A model generated the notes under the pieces. The model saw only the letters and a list, made by a program, of their open reading frames with translations, did no database searches and had not been told where the DNA came from. From the NCBI GenBank assembly GCA_017436885.1, contig JAFSCG010000106.1, forward strand, positions 1 through 59,553: 59,553 nucleotides of DNA, given 5' to 3'. The first letter of the stretch is position 1. Every line of letters begins with the position of its first letter. Shown piece by piece: positions 45,601-51,713 of this stretch. The stretch comes from Clostridia bacterium. GTDB lineage: Bacteria; Bacillota; Clostridia; Oscillospirales; CAG-272. Both the position numbers and the translations under genes were made by a program.

Positions 45601-46447
45601 CTCCGGGGAAAGGGATCTCGGCCTTTTCGGAAAAACGAAAAACGCGGTCATCCGCTCCCTCACCGTCAGCGGAAGCGTTACCTCCTCCTACGAGGGTGCG
45701 GTGGTAGGCGGTGTGGTGGGTACTGCAGACCCCGGTACCATCATTGCAGAGTGCATCAATAACTGCACCGTTACCTATAAGGGCAGTGCGGGCGCAAAGG
45801 GCGTTGGCGGTATTGCGGGCTATATGTACAGCGGCTCAAGCAAGCTTGTTACCGTAATAAAGGATTGCGAGAATAACGGCGCAATAGCTTGCGAAAACGG
45901 TACTCAAACTGCAAATGCGGGCGGTATCACAGGTTATATGAACAACGCAGGCGCAGGAGCTAACGAGGTGCTGCGCTGTGTTAACAGAGGCGCTGTTACC
46001 GCGCAGGGCGCAAACGTGGGCGGCATTGCGGGCGCAATGCACCAGGCGGCCTCCGGCGGCGGTAATCTTATTGCCCTCTGCGAAGAGAGAAGCTCCGTTT
46101 CGGGCATAGCGGGCAAGAACACCGCTCTGTCTGCGGACATGGTTAAAAAGGGCCGCATCGAAAACTGCGTTGACGAGGGCGAGATGGTATTTGCCACAGA
46201 TGCCGACTGCTTCGTTCTCACTCACGATGGCGTTGCCGTAGGAGCTGTTGCGAATATTGCGTACTGCGACGCAAACGGCGACGGAAGGGTTGACCTGTGG
46301 GACGTTGCGGTGGTGCTGTCCGCGGTAAAGGACAGCTCCGTAAAATATAACGCCTCCCTTACCGATGCAAACGGCAACGGCAAGACGGACGAGGAGGACG
46401 CATTGATAATTTGCTCGCAGGTACTGATCTCTGCTTTTTGTAAATAA
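42617..46447 (+). CDS. secreted multidomain GH3 beta-glycosidase (domain-permuted) with CBM6-like module, GLUG-motif repeats and C-terminal dockerin
   Basis: GTG start after GGAGGA, then a signal peptide. The GH3 C-terminal-type domain (FGYGLSYTEF) and an Fn3-like module come first, then the GH3 barrel (KHFVANE..., GFEGMVTTDWS nucleophile context). A CBM6-like block, GLUG repeats (GGIAGYM, GGITGYM, GGIAGAM) and a dockerin (DANGDGRVDLWD...DANGNGKTDEED) follow. Confidence 0.85.
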   Translation: MKIIRILSVFLATVMAVCCLPVSAIALSVPDGADVSYAAAAESMVLLKNDNKALPLTAEDKIALFGEGQIFTDGKYGGFFLMGRGSGYFILSETPKSPCDILLSYVSKGTLGGVYTKLVNSYKIAASKAAKETDFTYSPKDEEYTAAAEYADKAIYIVNRSAAEGADTQTSDYGLNSREISELRKVCAAFKGKPVIVVLNTGLAVNCGFALGRTSGIYADAVITAPYMGIRGTQVLCETLTGIINPSGKTADTYAKKISDYPGYTQFYGSKEKVDYVEDIYVGYRYFDTFGVEVDFPFGYGLSYTEFEYSDITYGEKDGSISVSVKVTNTGAVSGKESVQIYYSAPQKGVGSALISKAAKELCGFAKTRLLAPGESEVLTVTFAVDSMASYDDIGRTGNASAYVLEAGEYSVYVGSSVSNVSLAGVHTEPSLRVTEQCSKLCEPASSFEYMVYDGKEKTSAKAVQDTSVLHEKTEAQRIYPLKTYRFEEVLSGNITLDTFLAQMSDEELCELTVITNSFATGAWGGTEAVAEKYGIPTINSADGPAGLRITTKGTGIPGATALACTWNSALIEPLGDVVGREMLASNVDVWLAPGVNIHRFPLCGRNFEYFSEDPYLSGVMAAEMIKGVEKHGVAACVKHFVANEREWARSSMSSNMTERALREIYLVPFRMAVEAGVSAVMTSYNKLNGKETAENSELLRGILRGEWGFEGMVTTDWSNDSTLVNEIIAGNNVRSSTDLTKLSTETLTRAVKSGAVSRSMLIENASYVLGLAARMPNARRLAEPKVHEISSDGRTVIQGEDYSLKHTYARFEISGSTTMMSYLQSTDNYVPWLEYTVKAERAGSYVLSVNTANNASLQSGDSIRVFVNGVEQAATFVGGNTGGWTTLALKEIGRIDLPKGTSVIKIKCTDGKGCGNFDYFRLVPVENAYTAISTPEELYALMKDPKKWAGKYYLTADIDLSGFEDQAPIGNYDKNFTGIFDGMGHTVSGIKIESSGERDLGLFGKTKNAVIRSLTVSGSVTSSYEGAVVGGVVGTADPGTIIAECINNCTVTYKGSAGAKGVGGIAGYMYSGSSKLVTVIKDCENNGAIACENGTQTANAGGITGYMNNAGAGANEVLRCVNRGAVTAQGANVGGIAGAMHQAASGGGNLIALCEERSSVSGIAGKNTALSADMVKKGRIENCVDEGEMVFATDADCFVLTHDGVAVGAVANIAYCDANGDGRVDLWDVAVVLSAVKDSSVKYNASLTDANGNGKTDEEDALIICSQVLISAFCK

Positions 46448-46453
46448 TAAGAT

Positions 46454-46497
46454 ACAGGGCTGCAAAGAATTTTTTCTTTGCAGCCCTGTGTTTTTTT
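46454..46497. terminator. bidirectional intrinsic terminator between convergent genes
   Basis: ACAGGGCTGCAAAGA-loop-TCTTTGCAGCCCTGT plus TTTTTTT. Confidence 0.85.
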
Positions 46498-46500
46498 GCG

Positions 46501-47379
46501 TTATTTGCGGTTTTCGTCGATCTTTGCTATCAGGTGCTTGCCGATAATGCCTGCGTAGTTCAGCACGTCGCCCAGTAGCTCGTTGGGAACGGCGATCACC
46601 TGCTCGCCTATCTCGAATGTGAAGTCCCCGGTGTAATCTATCTCGCCGAGGGCTTTGGTTATGCTTGCCCAATCAAGCTTGCCCTGATAGGGAAGCAGGT
46701 GCTGGTCGTTTGTGTAATCGTTGTCGTGTACGTGGAGCGATTGCAATCTGTCGTGCCCCAAGATACGGATGAATTCGGCGGGGGAGTGCGGTCCGTCGGG
46801 AAGTACTATATGCCCAAGATCAAGACACGCAACGGCATACTCGCTGTCGAGGGTGTCCACGTAGCGCACGAACTCCTCTGCGGTGGAGCAGGTGTCGAAG
46901 CTGATATTCCTTCTGATAGGGTGTCTGCGCCACATATTTTCAACGCCGATCTTAACGCCGTATTCCTTTGCGTAGGGAATAAGACGGCGGTAATAATCCA
47001 TATTGAGGGCAAATACCTCCTCCTCGTGTCCCAGATATTCCATGTAGTGAAGGGGGTGTACCACGCATACCTTTGCACCGAGGATGGCGGATATCTCTAG
47101 GGTCTTTACAAACTCGTCGAAATGCTCGGGCGCTTCCCAGCGCTTGGTGGAGTAGCGGAAGGGGGCGTGGGTCTGGTTGCATTTCAGTCCTTCGGCTTCC
47201 ATCCCTTTTCTCAGCTCTGCCGCTACGTCGCGATAATCATCGCGGAGGAGCGGGGATGCGGCTTCGTCAAGGGAAATGAACATATCGCAGGCAGTGAAGC
47301 CTGCGGCCTTGGCAAGTTTTGCCGCATTCTCGATACCGAGCCTTTTTACAAATCCCAAAAAGTTTATCGACAGCTCCAT
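46501..47379 (-). CDS. sugar phosphate isomerase/epimerase (xylose-isomerase-like TIM barrel)
   Basis: 292 aa with the AP-endonuclease-2/TIM pattern: VCVVHP, IGVENM, CLDLGH and HVHDND metal-ligand contexts. Confidence 0.75.
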   Translation of the reverse strand: MELSINFLGFVKRLGIENAAKLAKAAGFTACDMFISLDEAASPLLRDDYRDVAAELRKGMEAEGLKCNQTHAPFRYSTKRWEAPEHFDEFVKTLEISAILGAKVCVVHPLHYMEYLGHEEEVFALNMDYYRRLIPYAKEYGVKIGVENMWRRHPIRRNISFDTCSTAEEFVRYVDTLDSEYAVACLDLGHIVLPDGPHSPAEFIRILGHDRLQSLHVHDNDYTNDQHLLPYQGKLDWASITKALGEIDYTGDFTFEIGEQVIAVPNELLGDVLNYAGIIGKHLIAKIDENRK

Positions 47380-47395
47380 TTTTGCACCTCTTATA

Positions 47396-48058
47396 TTATA
47401 AGTGTATCTCGTCTATCTGCAGGAACTTTTCCGCCTCTCTTACGGAGGCGATGGGGTAGTTTTTAAATCTGCCGCAGCTACGGCAGAACACCTTTACCTT
47501 GTCGCCGAGGCAGAGCGCGTCGTAATCGCCGTGACCATCCTTGCAGCCGCAGGTAATAAGGCCGTCCTCCTCAAGCTCCATAAGGATGAACTTGATAATA
47601 TCGTATATCTCTGCGTGGTTCATATTTTTCAGCGTGTCGGTGTCATCGATATCGTCGGTGTCGGGAGTCTCCTCGTCATATTCGGACTCCTCGTCCAATC
47701 CAACCATACTCCTCAGCACCTGCTCCTGCTCGTCAAGGGCGGCACGCACCTTTTCCTGCTGACCGAAGAAGCATACGTCAAGGCCCGAAACGGAGCAGGG
47801 TACCGAGAAGATATCTCGGGAGAAGAACACCTGAGTGCTTACGGTGAAGCTGTGCTCGGAGCCGCAGGCAAGGCAGGGGGTGGAAAGACGGACCTTGTCG
47901 TCCTTGGTTTTTGATATATCCATGGCGCTTTTTTTGCACACGCAGTTCAGCTTCATTCTGTCCGCGGTGAGGGAAAAAACGCCGACAGGTGCCATAACTC
48001 CGCAGCCGCAAACGGGACAGCGGTATGCAACGGTAGTCTTTTTAGGGTCTAAAAGCAT
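47396..48058 (-). CDS. cysteine-rich protein with two zinc-ribbon-like modules separated by an acidic linker, function unknown
   Basis: ORF 47396..48286 trimmed to the ATG at 48058 (MLLDPKKTTVAYRCPVCGCG), after GGAGATAT. CPVCGC...CVC...CLAC is followed by EESEYDEETPDTDDIDDTD and then CGC...CRSC. Confidence 0.6.
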   Translation of the reverse strand: MLLDPKKTTVAYRCPVCGCGVMAPVGVFSLTADRMKLNCVCKKSAMDISKTKDDKVRLSTPCLACGSEHSFTVSTQVFFSRDIFSVPCSVSGLDVCFFGQQEKVRAALDEQEQVLRSMVGLDEESEYDEETPDTDDIDDTDTLKNMNHAEIYDIIKFILMELEEDGLITCGCKDGHGDYDALCLGDKVKVFCRSCGRFKNYPIASVREAEKFLQIDEIHL

Positions 48059-48068
48059 ATATATCTCC

Positions 48069-49289
48069 TTAATTTGGCAGCTCGCTCGTATCGGCGCGAA
48101 TGGCTGCCTGATGCTCTGCAAGAGTCTTTGAGAACACGGTCCGTTTATCGGACTTGGTGTAAAAATAATAGTAACTCGTTTTAGCGGGGTACATTGCGGT
48201 AACGATGGCATCGTAGCCGGGGCTTGAGATAGCTCCGGGAGGAAGTCCGTCGTTTTTGTAGGTGTTGTAGGGGCTGTCGACCTCAAGGTCGGCGGGCACT
48301 ATCTTTTCGGGGCGCTTTCCTGTTTTGACGTGGATAGCGTAGGCGGCAGTGGCGTCACTTTCAAGGCGAGGGAATGCCGCGGGGTTATTAAGGCGGTTGT
48401 GGAATACGGATGCAACGTTCTCGAACTCCTCAAGATAGTATGCTTCCTCCTGTATGAAGGATGCAATGGTCACAACCTGATCCACCGTGAGGCCAAGCTC
48501 CGCACAGCGATCGTAATATACGTCTTTAAATTTGCGGTCAAAGTTATTAAGCAGCTTGTATACCACCTGCGCAGGGGTGGCATCGGTATAAAAATCGTAG
48601 GTATCGGGGTACAGATAGCCTTCCAAACGGTAATAACGCTTGGAAAGGTCCTGCTCCATAAGCTCACGCACAAAGCGGAACTCGCTGTAATCCACCTCGT
48701 TGATGGCGCGGATAAAGCCCTCGCGGTCGCCGATACCGTGGGAAACGAACAGCTCGATGATATCCTCAACGCAATATCCCTCGGGGATGGTGATGCGTAC
48801 GATGGAGCGCACGAATTTGTATTTGAATTCGGAAAGGAGCTGGTCGTAGTTAAGCTGGGGGGATACCTCGTATTCTCCCGCGATGAACTCGCCGTCGTCC
48901 TCCTTGAGGCCTGCGTACATAACGAATATCTTCGGATGCTTTATAATGCCTGCCTCGTGCAGAAGAGTGCTTATATCCTCTACGGTCGCATTCTCGGGCA
49001 CCGTAACGCTTACGGGCTCCTCCGGCTTAACGAAGGCAAAAACGTCGTTTCCGACGGAAATAACGAATGCCCCCGCAAAGGCGGAAACAACGATTATAAA
49101 TACCAAAAATACCGCTATTTTTACCAGTGCTGAAACAACGCCGGTATTGACGGTCTTCTTTTTCCTCCTGCGGCGCGGAGCAGCCATTGCCCTTTGCTTT
49201 TCCCTTGTGTAGGACTTCGCTTCACGGGGTTGGTCCTTTCCCTTTCCCATAGAAGCGGGTCTTGACTTTTCGCTTTCGCTTTTTTTCAT
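48069..49289 (-). CDS. mltG: endolytic murein transglycosylase MltG (YceG family)
   Basis: ATG at 49289 after GAGGT. It has a basic N-terminus plus a TM helix, then YLYPDTYDFY, ASFIQEEA, FHNRL and SPYNTYKNDGLPPGAISSPG. Confidence 0.9.
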   Translation of the reverse strand: MKKSESEKSRPASMGKGKDQPREAKSYTREKQRAMAAPRRRRKKKTVNTGVVSALVKIAVFLVFIIVVSAFAGAFVISVGNDVFAFVKPEEPVSVTVPENATVEDISTLLHEAGIIKHPKIFVMYAGLKEDDGEFIAGEYEVSPQLNYDQLLSEFKYKFVRSIVRITIPEGYCVEDIIELFVSHGIGDREGFIRAINEVDYSEFRFVRELMEQDLSKRYYRLEGYLYPDTYDFYTDATPAQVVYKLLNNFDRKFKDVYYDRCAELGLTVDQVVTIASFIQEEAYYLEEFENVASVFHNRLNNPAAFPRLESDATAAYAIHVKTGKRPEKIVPADLEVDSPYNTYKNDGLPPGAISSPGYDAIVTAMYPAKTSYYYFYTKSDKRTVFSKTLAEHQAAIRADTSELPN

Positions 49290-49302
49290 AAATACCTCGT
49301 TA

Positions 49303-50175
49303 TTAAATGAGCAGTGCCGCCGCAAATATGATTATGCACGCGGCAGAGGCGGGTGACAGCAGTGCGCTGAAAAAACCTCCTGCGCCTTCGTGCCCCTTGC
49401 GGGGGGAAAGCGCGTTTTGCTCGGAATATACTGCGTAGGTACGCTGGCATTCGCCGAATATCAGTATCAGACAGATAAGGAGTACTACGGTCAGTATGAC
49501 CGCAATAAGCGTTATATCGTCGGTTATGGCGAAAAACGCCTGTATCTTATCCGCCCCAAGCATCACCGTGAGATTGTAAAGCAGATGCACGGTGCAGGAT
49601 GCAAGGACGGAGCGTGTAACGTAAGCACACAGGGCAAGCATCAGTCCGCAAAAGAAGTATACGGGCAGTCCTCTGAGACTGAAATGGAACATAGCGAAAA
49701 GCAGGGAGGAGAGAGCTACGGCGGTAAAGGGACCGTAATGCTCCAACTCCGTCATTACCATTCCGCGGAAAAACAGCTCCTCGCTGAGGGCGGGAAGCAC
49801 TGCCATACACAGCACCGCAAGGCTGGAGGGTTCGCTGCTCGGTGCAACGGAGGAGCTTGCCGAATTGCCGAAAACAAGGGAAAGCAGCAAAGAGCCGCAA
49901 AAAACCGCAACGGTAAAAAGCAGCAAGAACACGATCTTTGATGGGCTGAACAGCCTGATGTGCATTTTTGATACCGTTTTTTCACCGTTTATGGAATTAT
50001 ACAGCGCTGCGGGAATAAGCAGTGATGCAAACTGCACTATAAGCCCGTAGCTGTACACCTTGCCTCCCGCCGGAAGCAAAAACGACAGCCCGATGGACAG
50101 CAAAAATACTGCCGCAGTCAAGTACAGTACGCCTGTTTTGCTCTTTTCCTTAGTAGTATTACTCAATTGTGCCAT
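49303..50175 (-). CDS. CPBP-family intramembrane glutamic endopeptidase (CAAX protease-like)
   Basis: EELFFRG, FAMFH and HLLYN motifs. The start is uncertain (ATG 50175 or GTG 50187) and there is no clear RBS. Confidence 0.75.
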   Translation of the reverse strand: MAQLSNTTKEKSKTGVLYLTAAVFLLSIGLSFLLPAGGKVYSYGLIVQFASLLIPAALYNSINGEKTVSKMHIRLFSPSKIVFLLLFTVAVFCGSLLLSLVFGNSASSSVAPSSEPSSLAVLCMAVLPALSEELFFRGMVMTELEHYGPFTAVALSSLLFAMFHFSLRGLPVYFFCGLMLALCAYVTRSVLASCTVHLLYNLTVMLGADKIQAFFAITDDITLIAVILTVVLLICLILIFGECQRTYAVYSEQNALSPRKGHEGAGGFFSALLSPASAACIIIFAAALLI

Positions 50176-50176
50176 A

Positions 50177-50722
50177 TTATTTTGCACATACGGCGGAGGA
50201 AACTTTATCCGCCGTTTTTCTGTCCTTCATTGCGGTTATCAGCTCAAGGCCGAAATCAAATGCGGCACCCATACCTGCGGCGGTAATAAAGCGTCCGTCG
50301 CGTACCACGTTTGCCTCGGGTATCTCTGCGCCCTCCAGATATTTGCGGAATTCGGGGAATGCGGTGGCCTTTTTGCCCTTAAGCATTCCTCGCTTGCCGT
50401 ACACCATGGGCGCGGCGCAGATAGCGGCAAAAAAGCCGCCGCATTTTTCCGTTATTTCAATAAGCTTATCCGTTTCGGGTGCTTCGTCCAGATTTGTGGC
50501 ACCCGGAAGTCCGCCGGGAAGCACCAGCATATCGAGCTTCTCGCCGCTTTCTATGAGCTCTGCGGCGGTCATTGCGCAATCAACGGTAACGCCGCAGCTT
50601 CCGCCCGCGGTCTTACCCTTAAGTCCCACGAAGCGTACGTCAAGTCCTGCGCGCTTCAGCAGATTGTATGGGCAGATGGCCTCCACGCATTCGTAGCCCT
50701 CGGCAACAAGTATGGCTATCAT
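50177..50722 (-). CDS. DJ-1/PfpI (ThiJ) family protein
   Basis: ATG at 50722 after AAGGAGAA. VLPGG and the nucleophile-elbow context AICAAP are present. Confidence 0.85.
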   Translation of the reverse strand: MIAILVAEGYECVEAICPYNLLKRAGLDVRFVGLKGKTAGGSCGVTVDCAMTAAELIESGEKLDMLVLPGGLPGATNLDEAPETDKLIEITEKCGGFFAAICAAPMVYGKRGMLKGKKATAFPEFRKYLEGAEIPEANVVRDGRFITAAGMGAAFDFGLELITAMKDRKTADKVSSAVCAK

Positions 50723-50732
50723 ATCGTTCTCC

Positions 50733-51701
50733 TTATTTTTTTGAGGATACAAGCACCTTTCGCGGCTTTGAACCGTTGTAAGGGCCAACGTATCCCTCTT
50801 TTTCCATTTTTTCCATCAATCCTGCGGCTTTGGCGTAGCCTATCTTCAATGCGCGCATCAGAAGCGCAATGGATACGCGCTCCCGCCCGGCCGTCAGCTC
50901 CAGTGCCTCCGCGTAAAAGTCGCGCGGCCTTTTTTCCGTGGGCCGAGGCAGGTCGATAAGGGCAGGCGTGCCGTAGCGTCTTGCACGCCCAAGGGCCTGC
51001 GCCGTTTGTGCCTCCGTAAATATTTCGGGGGCAAGCAGCGTGGGCTGTACCGCACCAATGGGTGAAAACAGCACGTCGCCCTTTTCAAGGAGTTCCGCGC
51101 CTGCCGTATCAAGTATCAGACGGCTTTCCTTCGCGTTTTCCGTTTTGAATGCGATACGCGACGGGATATTGGCCTTAACGGCGGCAGGGATCGCCTTTGT
51201 CGTGGCCTTATCCGTGCAGGCTATCAGATGTATGCCTGCCGCTCTTGATTTTGCACCGATGCGGGCTATATATTCTATTCCGTTTTCAGTAAGTTTGTCA
51301 ATGCCGTCTATGGCTATGACCGCGAGGTAAAGCTTGCTTTGCGCCTCCCTGTTATAGCGCTCTATATTGTATACCCCCTCCCTTGCAAAAAGCTCGTAGC
51401 GGCGGTCGGTTTCATCTACCGCCCATCTAAGGGCGGCCTCCGCATCTTCGGCATTTCGCAGTACGGGGAACAGTAAATGGGGAAGGGAGCAAAGCTCCTC
51501 AAGTCCGCTTTCGGAAATAACAGCCGTTCTCATCTCCTCGGGCGAGTGGCAAGAGGCAAGCTGACAGATAAGGGATGAGAGCAGCCTGTCCGCCTTCCCG
51601 AGTATCAGCAGATGGGGCATACGCATCAGATCCGCGTATACACCGTTACCGTCCTTGCCGTGTCCGAGGCACAGCATAAGGGACATAGCGTCGATTTCCA
51701 T
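50733..51701 (-). CDS. soluble FtsK/SpoIIIE-like paralog with degenerate Walker A/B motifs and an intact gamma (winged-helix) domain
   Basis: It aligns by eye to the ftsK motor. MPHLLILGKADRLLSS stands against MPHMLVAGATGMGKSV, AVIAIDGIDKL against IVIIIDELADL, GIHLIACTDKAT against GIHLVIGTQRPS, and ANIPSRIAFKT against ANIPSRIAFTV. The C-terminus is IGYAKAAGLMEKMEKEGYVGPYNGSKPRKVL. Confidence 0.8.
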   Translation of the reverse strand: MEIDAMSLMLCLGHGKDGNGVYADLMRMPHLLILGKADRLLSSLICQLASCHSPEEMRTAVISESGLEELCSLPHLLFPVLRNAEDAEAALRWAVDETDRRYELFAREGVYNIERYNREAQSKLYLAVIAIDGIDKLTENGIEYIARIGAKSRAAGIHLIACTDKATTKAIPAAVKANIPSRIAFKTENAKESRLILDTAGAELLEKGDVLFSPIGAVQPTLLAPEIFTEAQTAQALGRARRYGTPALIDLPRPTEKRPRDFYAEALELTAGRERVSIALLMRALKIGYAKAAGLMEKMEKEGYVGPYNGSKPRKVLVSSKK

Positions 51702-51713
51702 AGGGATCCCCCC

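Noticed and set aside
47396-48286. Long 296-aa version of the Cys-rich ORF
   Set aside because: The first 76 codons overlap the 3' end of mltG in another frame and are Pro/Thr/Ser-rich nonsense. The internal ATG at 48058 has a proper RBS.
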